From the IMG/VR virus record IMGVR_UViG_3300021399_000098: a DNA stretch of 64,000 nucleotides. One strand, given 5' to 3'. The notes below the pieces were generated by a model that saw only the letters and a program-made list of their open reading frames with translations, was not told the origin of the DNA and did not search any database. The DNA comes from a virus (lineage: Duplodnaviria > Caudoviricetes). This document shows positions 29,307 to 39,700 of this stretch, in pieces. How positions within the stretch are numbered: position 1 is the first letter of the stretch; each line of letters begins with the position of its first letter. Position numbers and translations under genes: made by a program.

Positions 29307-29879
29307 ATGGGAATAGATTTATGCAACAAGCTCATAGACAACGAATTAACACGTGAAGAGCTGTTGAATCGCGTAGAGATACGCAAGACATCTGAGGATG
29401 ACTTAATGCAGATTTGTGAGACTTTAGCGAAAGCCTTTAATCTAAATTCGTACCTTGAAGCTCTCTGGCAACTAGAGAATTCTAAAGTACAATTAGGTGA
29501 ATCTGTGAAATTGGTAGACAAGGATACCAACGAAATATATGGCCTTCTAATCTTCTGTGAATATCCAATAGCTTTGGGTTCGCCAATACGTCTTTTCGCG
29601 GATGATTTGTCTGAATATCTGAATGAATTTAAACAAATAAATGGTCATTCATTTATAATAGATGAACGTCTCAGAAACAGTGGGCTAGACAAGAAAATGC
29701 TGCATTTTAATATGAATTTCCTAGCGGAAAACTATGATTTCATTTGGTGCGGTGTTGAAATTGGCTTGAAAAGCCACAGATATTGGGAAAGACTAGGGTT
29801 TACGGAAGTGTTTAGAATACCAGAGGCTGTGTTTTATCTTATGCCGTTAAGCAAAAAGATGATAAGCGAATATTTATAA
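29307..29879 (+). CDS. GNAT acetyltransferase
   Basis: IDERLRNSGL and YWERLGF motifs; promoter at 29279-29288. Confidence 0.7.
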   Translation: MGIDLCNKLIDNELTREELLNRVEIRKTSEDDLMQICETLAKAFNLNSYLEALWQLENSKVQLGESVKLVDKDTNEIYGLLIFCEYPIALGSPIRLFADDLSEYLNEFKQINGHSFIIDERLRNSGLDKKMLHFNMNFLAENYDFIWCGVEIGLKSHRYWERLGFTEVFRIPEAVFYLMPLSKKMISEYL

Positions 29880-29895
29880 TAAATGTACATTTTTT

Positions 29896-30249
29896 ATGAA
29901 AAGAATCATAATGTCTGAAAACGGATTAAATAAGATAAACAGTATCATATCTGAAAACTCAAAATATGATGCCTACATAGCTGACGGTAAAAAATACCTT
30001 GATGCCAATTATCATACGTCAATGTTTGATAACAATGGAGATTATGTCACAACGTATGTTAAAATGAGCAATGGAATGCCTACTAGCAAAGTGGTGTGGA
30101 GGCAAGATGTATTAGACGCTTTAGATAAACATTTTTTTAAAATAATAAAAGATGAAAAGGAAAGAAAGGGCTTTATAAACCAATTGCTATCAGATTGGGA
30201 AACAAACGGTTTTAGCAAATATGGTAGCCTAAGTAACTATAATTGGTAA
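29896..30249 (+). CDS. Late hypothetical protein with leader motif
   Basis: MKRIIMSENGLNKINSIISE; TATTTATA at 29871-29878. Confidence 0.6.
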   Translation: MKRIIMSENGLNKINSIISENSKYDAYIADGKKYLDANYHTSMFDNNGDYVTTYVKMSNGMPTSKVVWRQDVLDALDKHFFKIIKDEKERKGFINQLLSDWETNGFSKYGSLSNYNW

Positions 30250-30348
30250 AAATAAATAAGAGGAGTAGTGTGACGTAACTCGCTCTCACATATCGTCACC
30301 AATCGGATTCATAGCAGACTATGGTCTGAGCCTCACGCAAATTTTAAA

Positions 30349-30993
30349 ATGATGAGAAAAAAAGAACAATTAATTCTAATGTACATCGTAGTGTGTACAT
30401 GGTTAAGCACCCTTCTTGCTTTGTCAATGCCTAGGATAGTACCTACATATGGCATAAATGAAGACAAAACAACCGTCCTTATTGATTCAATTGAAACGAC
30501 CCCATCGGTCAATCCAAAGGACAGCATTAAGGACAAACTGATTGAAGAAGTGGAAAACTACATTTATGGTAGATTCCCAAAAGCACACGAAACAATTCCG
30601 ACATCTATTGTAGAAAACGGACTAGAGAGTGGGATAGACATCGTGTTTATGATGGCACAAACCCAAATTGAGACAAGTTTCGGTACTGCTGGAGCAGGAC
30701 GTGAAGCATCTAGACGTTCATTATTCGGAGTGGCAATTAAAAAGTATGCGTCATACGACTTGGCCATCAAAGACTACATTGGCATTCTGAAAAAGTGGTA
30801 TCTGACTAGAGGAAGAACTGAACAGCACCTAATGAATAGGTATACGACAAGTGGAGGCGGCAGATATGCGGAGAATCCAAGATATGAAGTAGAACTAAGA
30901 GGTGCATACGCTGATATTAAAAGACAAACAAATATTAGCAGTCTTCAAACTGAGTACAGAGAGTTATCTAAAAAAGAAGAGAGTGAAACTTAA
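30349..30993 (+). CDS. Membrane-anchored glucosaminidase/lysozyme-like peptidoglycan hydrolase (endolysin candidate)
   Basis: N-terminal TM/SAR segment; AQTQIETSFG, SLFG and YAENPRY (GH73-like). Confidence 0.65.
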   Translation: MMRKKEQLILMYIVVCTWLSTLLALSMPRIVPTYGINEDKTTVLIDSIETTPSVNPKDSIKDKLIEEVENYIYGRFPKAHETIPTSIVENGLESGIDIVFMMAQTQIETSFGTAGAGREASRRSLFGVAIKKYASYDLAIKDYIGILKKWYLTRGRTEQHLMNRYTTSGGGRYAENPRYEVELRGAYADIKRQTNISSLQTEYRELSKKEESET

Positions 30994-31074
30994 AACGTTA
31001 TGAAATATTAAAAATGGAGGCAAATAACCTCCATTTTTTTGTTTTTTATAAAAATAATGTATATATTTGCACAT

Positions 31075-31398
31075 ATGAAACAGTTAAAGATACCATTCGA
31101 GTTTATAGATGATTTTAAAAAAATCAGATTATATAAGGCAGAAAATTGGATTTTAGTAAACAGCAAAGAACATGACCCAATAGCATCACGAAATACTGAA
31201 ACTACCCATATATTTGTCATTAACCTTAATAATGGCAAAATACATGATAGCTTAACTCTTCAAGCTGACGTCTTACCATCGGATATTACAAAAGCAAAAA
31301 GATTGACAATAAAAGATTACATTGAACTAAGTAATGTGTTAAGATTCAAGAGGTTAGCCCTAAATAAGAAAAAAATAGAAATATGCGCAATGAACTAA
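31075..31398 (+). CDS. Hypothetical protein
   Basis: ATG follows a TATATTTGCA promoter. Confidence 0.55.
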   Translation: MKQLKIPFEFIDDFKKIRLYKAENWILVNSKEHDPIASRNTETTHIFVINLNNGKIHDSLTLQADVLPSDITKAKRLTIKDYIELSNVLRFKRLALNKKKIEICAMN

Positions 31399-31543
31399 AC
31401 AAAAAAAAAAACAATTGTATAGTTGTTTTCACAAATAAGTAGGGAATTTACTATTTATTGGTAGGAAATCCCTATTTCAACGGTTTGGGGTTGTATTTTA
31501 CAAAAAAAACCAATATCTTTGCAATAGTTATTTAAAAACACAA

Positions 31544-32104
31544 ATGCGTATGAAAAAGATTATTGGAATTTTGGTGTCATTAATGCTATGTTTTACATTG
31601 ACATCTTGTGTAACAACTGCCACAGCGCAGACTGATGATATGTATGATGACGTTGACATCAGCGTTGTTGTAACATATGGAACTCCTTTCTACAACACTG
31701 AGGGCTTGATTATCTATTATCTGTATCGTGATATGTTCTATTATCCTTATTTCTATCATAACAGATACTATTTGCACAGATACCATAGGCCATTGCCTCC
31801 AGAGAGGTTGAGAATGTATAGGCCAGTGCCTAGAGACTTTTACAGACCTAATCCTCCTAGAGGACACAAACCTCACGTAAGACCAAATAACCCTCCACAT
31901 AGAGGAGATATGAGGCCAAATAACCCACCTAGAAGGAATGGTGATGTCAGACCTTCACAACCAAATACAAGACCTAATATTAATAGAGGTATAGGCTCAA
32001 GACCAACAATGCCTAATATTAATAGAGGTGGTGGAAATGTAAGGCCAACAACTCCAAGGACAACAAATAGTCATGGCGGTTTTGGTGGGGCTAGAAGAAG
32101 ATAA
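31544..32104 (+). CDS. Lipoprotein with Tyr-rich core and Pro/Arg-rich disordered tail
   Basis: Signal peptide ending in LTSC lipobox; RPNNPP repeats. Confidence 0.7.
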   Translation: MRMKKIIGILVSLMLCFTLTSCVTTATAQTDDMYDDVDISVVVTYGTPFYNTEGLIIYYLYRDMFYYPYFYHNRYYLHRYHRPLPPERLRMYRPVPRDFYRPNPPRGHKPHVRPNNPPHRGDMRPNNPPRRNGDVRPSQPNTRPNINRGIGSRPTMPNINRGGGNVRPTTPRTTNSHGGFGGARRR

Positions 32105-32130
32105 ATGTATAACTAATAATTAATAATGTT

Positions 32131-32604
32131 ATGAAGCGAATTATTTTAACTATGTTGTTTGCAATTTTTGCAACGTTTTCTATGGTGGCGCAGCCAAAAA
32201 TGGCACGTCCGATGCACTTTAACAAAGTATATACAGTTATAGACTCACTTACTCTAGAGCAGATACCCACACCTTTCCCAACTGAGGAAAACGATTATCT
32301 CATGGAACTGCCTCGCAACGGAAAGATGGTGATAGCCTACAACGCAGACAAGACAAAGGCAATTGTCTTACGCAATGGATATACACATGGCCGACACATG
32401 CAATTCAACGTTGAAGAGAATACAGCTAGGCTAATTCTGTATTACATGGATGAGACCATTTTCTGTGGGTACATATATGATAAGGCTGCAAAGGCATGTA
32501 AGTATTTTGAAGCAATAGATGGAAACGAAAAGGATAAATTGGTTGAAAAACTACCTTTTATAAGGTTCATGCCAACGTTTTCATACGAGAATTCCAAAAA
32601 ATAG
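32131..32604 (+). CDS. Secreted protein
   Basis: Signal peptide ...SMVA|Q (Bacteroidetes-style N-terminal Gln). Confidence 0.6.
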   Translation: MKRIILTMLFAIFATFSMVAQPKMARPMHFNKVYTVIDSLTLEQIPTPFPTEENDYLMELPRNGKMVIAYNADKTKAIVLRNGYTHGRHMQFNVEENTARLILYYMDETIFCGYIYDKAAKACKYFEAIDGNEKDKLVEKLPFIRFMPTFSYENSKK

Positions 32605-32694
32605 TTGAAAAAATTTGGAAATTAAGAAAAAAAAACATATCTTTGCATTGTTAAACTAAAAAAGAAAGTAATAGTTACAAATTCAATTTAAATT

Positions 32695-33180
32695 ATGGAA
32701 GCAAAAATTTTTGTTATCGCATTCCCAACTATGGAAACAGTTGCGGAAAAAATCGGTTCTCTCCTTGAAGAGACTTTCAAGCCAAAGAGAACAAAGTGTT
32801 GTGATTCACCTAAGAGGGTGAATAAGGATTTGACACCGCCTAAGTTTAGAGTGAACAAGCCTTGCAGAAACACGCAGCCTTGGGGCGTATGTGGAACTCC
32901 AGCCGATGAAAACTTGAGATTCGGTGCTGAGTTTGCTGTGGACGAGCCACGTTGTGAGAATTATGACAAGCGTTGGCAGTTTGAAAGCGACCATGCTGCA
33001 TTTGACCGCTTCGTAGAAGCAGGAGAAGATTGTGTTGCTCGTGGTCTAGCTAGACCAGAGGGTGTTACGGCACACAGATGCAATGCAATTCGCAAGCCAC
33101 TTTGTTGTCCTCCTCCTATGGACAAGGAACTTATCGGTGAGACTCATTGGTGGGAAACCTTTGAAGATTTTGATTTTTAA
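32695..33180 (+). CDS. Cys-rich hypothetical protein
   Basis: Own promoter at 32638-32647 and a terminator after the stop. Confidence 0.6.
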   Translation: MEAKIFVIAFPTMETVAEKIGSLLEETFKPKRTKCCDSPKRVNKDLTPPKFRVNKPCRNTQPWGVCGTPADENLRFGAEFAVDEPRCENYDKRWQFESDHAAFDRFVEAGEDCVARGLARPEGVTAHRCNAIRKPLCCPPPMDKELIGETHWWETFEDFDF

Positions 33181-33299
33181 CCTAATTTAACGTGGAGAGT
33201 TTGGAATCTCCACGTTATTTTTATATATTTGCATTATGAGTAAAATTATAGGCAAATACGAGTTCACAGATGTAACAAAAGATTTTAAATTATCAAAAA

Positions 33300-34127
33300 A
33301 TGGGAAAGCAAAAACTTAGGGATGGCTTGGGTAATCGTATGAAAGAAAACTATGAGAACAGAGCTAAAACCAAACTGATTAGAAGAATGCCTGTCATTAT
33401 AAGATTGGACGGTAAGGCATTCCACACCTTTACAAGGGGGTTTGCAAAACCCTTTGATGCTAGGCTTATGGAAACCATGCAAGAGACCACATTGGAGCTT
33501 TGCAAGTCAATACAAGGCTGTGTGTTCGGCTATACACAGTCTGACGAAATCACACTTGTGTTGGTTGACTATGCAACATTGGACACTGATGCGTGGTTTG
33601 ACTACGAGGTGCAGAAACTATGCTCAATCTCAGCAGCAATGTGTACATTAATATTTAATAGACTGTTTGCTAGAAAAGTGAATGAGTTTATTAAAGAGCA
33701 CAGCAATGTGGCTAGAGACAAAGAGACTTATGGCGATGTCTCAAACCAAGTTGAAAAATTAATCTCAACTTATAAAAAAGCTGTGATAAGAGGTGGTTTG
33801 TTTGACTCAAGATGCTTCAACATTCCTATTGAAGAGGTGACGAATTGTGTGTTGTGGAGGCAGAAAGACGCAGAAAGAAACTCTGTGTCCTCATTAGCCC
33901 AAGCATATTTCACACACAAGGAACTACAAAACAAAAAGTCAAACCAAATGCAAGACATGCTAATGGAGAAATATGGCATCAATTGGAACAACTTGGAAAT
34001 TCCTCAAAAAAGAGGAACAGCAGTAATAAAAAATGACCGCAACGAATGGGTCATTGACAAGGAAATGCCAATCTTAACTGGCGATGGACGCGAATACATT
34101 GAATCTAGAATTACATTCGAAGATTAA
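33300..34127 (+). CDS. thg1: Thg1-like 3'-5' polymerase / tRNA-His guanylyltransferase
   Basis: IRLDGKAFH, YTQSDEI, FDSR, WRQKD. Confidence 0.9.
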   Translation: MGKQKLRDGLGNRMKENYENRAKTKLIRRMPVIIRLDGKAFHTFTRGFAKPFDARLMETMQETTLELCKSIQGCVFGYTQSDEITLVLVDYATLDTDAWFDYEVQKLCSISAAMCTLIFNRLFARKVNEFIKEHSNVARDKETYGDVSNQVEKLISTYKKAVIRGGLFDSRCFNIPIEEVTNCVLWRQKDAERNSVSSLAQAYFTHKELQNKKSNQMQDMLMEKYGINWNNLEIPQKRGTAVIKNDRNEWVIDKEMPILTGDGREYIESRITFED

Positions 34128-34202
34128 ATAACGTTAAAAAATTGGGCTGAAATTTTGACAATCCAACTTTTTTTCGTATATTTGCAAAAAATTAAACTTA
34201 TT

Positions 34203-35477
34203 ATGCTTAAAGATACATTTGAAACAATTGCCAATGATGGAAGACTCCTTTTTGAATATGTAAGAGGAAGTCATCTATACGGACTTAACAACGAGGATTC
34301 TGATGTAGACACAAGCGGTCTATACATTGCACCAAAAGAAGCCCTCGTTGGTCTTGGCATGGACTATCAGCCTCAAGTATCAGATGAAAGACATGATACA
34401 ACTTGGTATGAAATAGGTAATTTCTGCAACCTACTGTTGAAATCAAACCCAACAGTATTGGAGGCGTTGTTTGTTCCAGACTCTAAGATTATCACGCCTC
34501 CTTCAAACGCAGTAATGCCACTGTTTGAGAATAAAGAGCAGTTTATTACCAAACAGTGCTTCAAGCCATTTGTATCTTATGCAATCGAACAGATTCACAA
34601 GGCTAGGGGATTGAACAAGAAGATTGTAAACCCTGTTACAGAAAGGCTCACTCCATTTGACTTCGCGTATACATTCTATAAGCAAGGTAGCACGAAAATC
34701 AAGAATTGGCTTGAAAATCGTGGCCTTAACAAAGACTTCTGCGGACTTGTTCACATTCCAAATATGCACGATGTATATGGCGTATACTACGATTGGGGTG
34801 CTCATTTCGCGCATTATAAAATTTCATATGAAGAACTAGAGACTTGTATGTTTGGTAGAAGCATAAAAGATATTATTCTAGGAAATAAAGTTTATTTTTT
34901 TAGTAATATTATAATAAAAAATACTAAGTTTATTGCTGATTTCTATGAAATCAACAAAAAGTCTGAACTTGAAAAGTGGTTTGATAAAAACAAAGAAATC
35001 ATCCATTATCGTGGAATGTGCCTTGACAACGCTACTGATATGAGAGGTTCTTCTGTATCTAAGGGAGAGAAGCCACTTTGTTGGATGACCTATAACGAAA
35101 GCGGATTCCAAGCCCATTGCAGAGTTTATAAGGAGTACCAAGAGTGGGTGAGGGAGCGTAATCCAAAACGTTACGAATCAAACCTTAACAAGAACTATGA
35201 CTCAAAGAACATGATGCACTGCGTAAGACTTATGCACATGGGTCAAGAGATTGCAGAAGGTAAGGGTATCAACCTTGAAAGAACTTGGGATAAGGAATTA
35301 CTTATGAATATCCGTAACCATAAGTTTGAGTATGATGAGCTTATGGCTAAGATAGACGAAGATAAAGTGAAGCTTGATGAGGCCATCAAAAACTCTGTCA
35401 TCAAAGAAACTATTGATGTTAACTTTGTAAACGATTTGCTAATTGATATAAGAAAAAAAGCTTATGGGATGCTTTAA
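34203..35477 (+). CDS. Pol-beta superfamily nucleotidyltransferase (RlaP/YcgL-like)
   Basis: GSHLYGL..SDVD, KSNPTVLE, YDSKNMMHCVRL. Confidence 0.8.
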   Translation: MLKDTFETIANDGRLLFEYVRGSHLYGLNNEDSDVDTSGLYIAPKEALVGLGMDYQPQVSDERHDTTWYEIGNFCNLLLKSNPTVLEALFVPDSKIITPPSNAVMPLFENKEQFITKQCFKPFVSYAIEQIHKARGLNKKIVNPVTERLTPFDFAYTFYKQGSTKIKNWLENRGLNKDFCGLVHIPNMHDVYGVYYDWGAHFAHYKISYEELETCMFGRSIKDIILGNKVYFFSNIIIKNTKFIADFYEINKKSELEKWFDKNKEIIHYRGMCLDNATDMRGSSVSKGEKPLCWMTYNESGFQAHCRVYKEYQEWVRERNPKRYESNLNKNYDSKNMMHCVRLMHMGQEIAEGKGINLERTWDKELLMNIRNHKFEYDELMAKIDEDKVKLDEAIKNSVIKETIDVNFVNDLLIDIRKKAYGML

Positions 35478-36594
35478 TAAAACTGCATTTTACAGCCATT
35501 TACCAATCACTGCTAGTGATGAGATAGTAATGTTTGTGTGCGCTGATTCAATATCAAGCTACACTAGAAGGGATAATACACCAATAAGTGTTGTTGGTAC
35601 TGGTTTAGCACCAATAGCACCACCTTTTTTCGGAAGATATAACGATTATGGTTCAATCGAACTTGTAGAAGATGACGTGAACCATCAACTGTTCAATGAA
35701 AAATTTGGGATGCATCTTGAAAAATTCTGCGATATTATGAATGACTTAAGCGGCATAACAATTGAAGACCTTATAAAAGGCATTGAGGAATATCGTGCAG
35801 AAAAAAAGAACGTTAACAAATATCATCATGAAACGCTTGAGGACTTTGAAAAACTTCTAGCCATCTATGAAAACGTTTTTGGTAAAAAACCTGAGCTAGA
35901 GAAAATCGCAAGACGTGAAGGTCTTACAAAAGAAGCAGAAGAACAAGTTGCTAAAGTTGAACAGCAAATGTATGAGTATGACTTAAAAAAATACATGAAT
36001 TCTTCTATCATGGTCACTATGGAGCATAGGTCAGTCTATGACAAAATGGTTGAACTTGGCAAAGAACACTATTTTGACCATTGGATTGGCATTGGCGATG
36101 AAAAGAAAGTAACACCAGAAGAAGCGTTTGACAACTCTGTTGAAGTGATTAAAAAACTAACAGAGTTGTCCGAAGAGTATAAAGGCTCTAATATATTTAC
36201 GTTTGGCATCAATGGTATTAATATAACTAATTTGATTAAATCAAATATTTCATCAAATGAAGGTTTAGTAGAAGAGTTATTTGAAATAGCTTTAAACGTT
36301 GATAAGAATATGCGCAATTTCTTCGGTATCAAATCTTGTTTGCATGATACTGTATATGCCTCTTTTGAGGACTATGTTCTTTACAATAACTTAAAGGGCG
36401 ATTTGTCCAAATACAAAGAGATTGCTTGCAATTATGTTTATTTCTTGCAGTCGTTTAAGCACACATGTACGACATTTGACGTTTCTCCATATCATAACCA
36501 AACCGTTGATTATGAAAGACTTATCCTAATATATGAGGAAATTTTAAATACGCTAAAAACACAGTTTAAAAAATATAAAGGAGAAGATTGTTAA
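35464..36594 (+). CDS. Hypothetical protein
   Basis: 376 aa, overlaps the upstream stop. Confidence 0.65.
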   Translation: MGCFNKTAFYSHLPITASDEIVMFVCADSISSYTRRDNTPISVVGTGLAPIAPPFFGRYNDYGSIELVEDDVNHQLFNEKFGMHLEKFCDIMNDLSGITIEDLIKGIEEYRAEKKNVNKYHHETLEDFEKLLAIYENVFGKKPELEKIARREGLTKEAEEQVAKVEQQMYEYDLKKYMNSSIMVTMEHRSVYDKMVELGKEHYFDHWIGIGDEKKVTPEEAFDNSVEVIKKLTELSEEYKGSNIFTFGINGINITNLIKSNISSNEGLVEELFEIALNVDKNMRNFFGIKSCLHDTVYASFEDYVLYNNLKGDLSKYKEIACNYVYFLQSFKHTCTTFDVSPYHNQTVDYERLILIYEEILNTLKTQFKKYKGEDC

Positions 36595-36671
36595 AAAGTG
36601 TTAAAACATTTTGAAATTAAAAAATATTTTTATATCTTTGCAGTGAACAATTTTTAATTAAAGAAAAAAAA

Positions 36672-37502
36672 ATGAATAGACAAAAATTACAAACATTAGC
36701 TAGCGAATGGGTTCGCATGGCTAAAAATGACATTCGAAACAAGGTAATGGACTTTATGCGTGAAGTCGATGCTACGCCACATGACCTAGCTTATGTATTG
36801 GCTATTTCTGATGGAGAACTTGAGCAGATTCTTAGAGGCAATGGAGAAATTACACTTACCACCTTTGCAAAACTGCTTATCGCAACTGGCAATGCACTTG
36901 AGATTAAACCCATTGAGGAAACTCCTATGGGTAACTATGACAATCTTCCAACTGAGGAAGAGTTGCGCAATCCGATTCCGCGTCCAAACGTATTTAACCG
37001 TCAGCGTCCACCGATGCCACTGCATCCTAATTTTGGAATGCCTAACTTTACCCAAGAGCCGCCTCGTTCTCGTTTCGGAGGTGGGATGAATATCCCAGTA
37101 GAAGGATTTGACGATAACGATGAAGACGAAATGGGTGAACCTATGGAGGAAGAGTTTACTCGTAAACCACAGCCTCGTGACGCACATGGTCGTTTTGCAC
37201 CTCGTGAACCACGCAATCAGCCCCAGCGTCCTATCTCTCCGTTCAGCCGTATGAGCCGTGCTGAAATGATTAAAATCATCCAAGAGCGTCTTTGGGATTC
37301 TGAAATTGACGTTGACAATGTATCTGATGAGCAGTTGGTTCGTTTTTTGAACGAAAAGGACAAGCGCATGAAAGAATACAAGCGTATGCGCGACATAGAG
37401 AGCGACCCAAAGGTGAACGAGTTTAAGAACAAACTCAAGAACACCGTTAACACTAATCCCCATCTTCGTGAATGGGTGAAGAAATTCGTTGGAGAACTCT
37501 GA
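36672..37502 (+). CDS. XRE-type HTH protein with Pro-rich linker
   Basis: DLAYVLAISDGELEQILRGNGEITLTTFAKL helix-turn-helix pattern. Confidence 0.6.
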   Translation: MNRQKLQTLASEWVRMAKNDIRNKVMDFMREVDATPHDLAYVLAISDGELEQILRGNGEITLTTFAKLLIATGNALEIKPIEETPMGNYDNLPTEEELRNPIPRPNVFNRQRPPMPLHPNFGMPNFTQEPPRSRFGGGMNIPVEGFDDNDEDEMGEPMEEEFTRKPQPRDAHGRFAPREPRNQPQRPISPFSRMSRAEMIKIIQERLWDSEIDVDNVSDEQLVRFLNEKDKRMKEYKRMRDIESDPKVNEFKNKLKNTVNTNPHLREWVKKFVGEL

Positions 37503-37603
37503 TTATCTTAATTCTCATATTTAGGGGTGGGGGATGGAAATTTCCCACCTCTTTTTTTGTTTTTTTAACTTTTTTTTTATATATTTGCAAAAAAAAAGTT
37601 AAA

Positions 37604-39394
37604 ATGAGTAGGAAAAAAAAGGAAGTTACTAAAATAGAATATGATTGGTCTCCATACCAAAAAGCGATTTTTGAATACATTGAAAAAGGAAAAGGGCATC
37701 TTGTAGTTGAAGCTGCCGCTGGCAGTGGCAAGACTAGCACCCTTATCAAATGTTTGGATTTGATACCAAGCACCAAAAAAATCCTTCTATCAGCCTTTAA
37801 TCAAGACATTGTGAAAGAACTGAAAAAAAGGACTGTAGGGATGGAAAACGTAAACGTTAAAACGTTACATGGTTTAGGACTTACATTTTTAAAGAAAAAC
37901 ATACTAGACAAAGAACTTGTTCCAACTCAATTTAAATATGAGTCACACATCAAAAACCATATAAAAGAATATACATCCATCAACACATACACATTAAAGG
38001 GAAGAGACTATTTTAAGTTTTTTGACAACATCAAGAAATATGTTGACTTTGGCAGGTATTATCTATGTCAAACCGTAAAGGATTTGGATTTCATTGAAAA
38101 CAGATATGGAATAGAGACTATTGCCGATGAGAAGGAAGTTGCACTGCAAGTCATGGAATGGGGCAAGACTGCCTTAGACACAATAGACTATACAGATATG
38201 ATATGGTTGCCTCATGTGCTGTTTTTAAAGCCTCTAGGACTGCTTTATGACTTTATAATGGTAGATGAATGCCAAGACATGAACAAAGCCGAGAGAGAGC
38301 TTATATTGAAGTGTTGCAAGATGGGCACAAGAATCATCAGTGTCGGTGATTCACAGCAGATGTTATACTCATTCGCTGGTGGAGACCCAAATTCGTTTAA
38401 CGCCTTGAAGTCAATTCCAAACACAGTGTGCCTACCACTTAGCATTTCATACAGATGCGCAAGAAAGATAGTTGAATACGCCAAGAGGATAGTTCCGTCA
38501 ATAGAACCAAACAATGACGGTAGAGAAGGACGAATAATGTATAACGTTTCATTGGATGAAATATGCGATGGTGACATGATTCTCTGTAGAAACAACGCCC
38601 CACTAGTACAAGTATATAACGGATTCTTGAAGCTAGGCAAAAAAGCGTTTATCAGAGGAAAGGATATAGGAAACAACTTGCAGAACCTTGTGAAAAGCAC
38701 AAGACAAGAAAAGCTTAATGCAGACTGTAAGGAAGATGGTGTGTTTGTAAGGCTGTATGACGATTTGTTCGTCACTAGGAATAAACTTATAGACAGATAC
38801 GGAATAGACGAAAAGACAGCAATGAACTCGCCACAAATCCTAACCAAATTGGATATGATTAAGGCGTTGGAAATACTGTCAGAAGGTCTAACAACATCGG
38901 AAGAAATAATTGAAAAAATAAACGAAATATTCTCAGACAAGAAAAAGGAAGGTATAGCACTTTCAACAATACATAAGGCAAAAGGACTAGAGGCAGACAA
39001 CGTATACATTGCTTGCGATTCTCTAATGCCTAGCAAATCAGCACAAAAGGATTGGGAAATAAGGCAAGAACACAACCTTATGTATGTCGCATATACTAGG
39101 GCAAAAAATATATTGGGCTTCATAGATGACAAGGAGTTTACAGACTTTGACTTTTCTAGCACCAATAACATGAAAATACTTAACAGAATAGAACTGCTTG
39201 TCAATAAGGCACTTAATAAGTCAACAAAGACAATCATAAACGAAAATACAGCTAGAGATATAATAGAGAACGCTAAAAAAATAGATGCTAATATTTATAC
39301 AAGCGTCACAATTAATTCAAGCAATTCTTTGAATAAAAGAAAGGTAAATTCGTTTGCGGATTTGCTTAAAAATAAAAAAACTAAAAAACATTAA
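37604..39394 (+). CDS. UvrD/PcrA-like SF1 helicase
   Basis: AAAGSGKT, VDECQD, VGD..Q, SYRC, STIHKAKGLE, YVAYTRAK; start at MSRKK after the promoter. Confidence 0.9.
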   Translation: MSRKKKEVTKIEYDWSPYQKAIFEYIEKGKGHLVVEAAAGSGKTSTLIKCLDLIPSTKKILLSAFNQDIVKELKKRTVGMENVNVKTLHGLGLTFLKKNILDKELVPTQFKYESHIKNHIKEYTSINTYTLKGRDYFKFFDNIKKYVDFGRYYLCQTVKDLDFIENRYGIETIADEKEVALQVMEWGKTALDTIDYTDMIWLPHVLFLKPLGLLYDFIMVDECQDMNKAERELILKCCKMGTRIISVGDSQQMLYSFAGGDPNSFNALKSIPNTVCLPLSISYRCARKIVEYAKRIVPSIEPNNDGREGRIMYNVSLDEICDGDMILCRNNAPLVQVYNGFLKLGKKAFIRGKDIGNNLQNLVKSTRQEKLNADCKEDGVFVRLYDDLFVTRNKLIDRYGIDEKTAMNSPQILTKLDMIKALEILSEGLTTSEEIIEKINEIFSDKKKEGIALSTIHKAKGLEADNVYIACDSLMPSKSAQKDWEIRQEHNLMYVAYTRAKNILGFIDDKEFTDFDFSSTNNMKILNRIELLVNKALNKSTKTIINENTARDIIENAKKIDANIYTSVTINSSNSLNKRKVNSFADLLKNKKTKKH

Positions 39395-39399
39395 CAATT

Positions 39400-39699
39400 A
39401 TGAACACTAATAAGGTAAAGAAAGTAATTAAATTGTCAGCTACTTGGTGTGCACCTTGTAGAGTATATGCTCCAAAATTCCATAATGTATCAAAGTATGA
39501 GGAATATAAAGACTTGGAGTTTAAGGAGTACGATATAGAAGACGAAGAAGGTGAAAAGATAGCAATGCAGCACAATGTAAGAAGCGTGCCAACAACTCTA
39601 TTGCTCGATGAAAACGATGAGGCAATATATAAGGTAATGGGAAATATCCCAGAACATGAGTTGGCGAAGATAATAAATGAAGCGTTAAAAGAAAAATAA
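39400..39699 (+). CDS. trxA: Thioredoxin
   Basis: WCAPC and VRSVPT. Confidence 0.88.
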   Translation: MNTNKVKKVIKLSATWCAPCRVYAPKFHNVSKYEEYKDLEFKEYDIEDEEGEKIAMQHNVRSVPTTLLLDENDEAIYKVMGNIPEHELAKIINEALKEK

Positions 39700-39700
39700 T

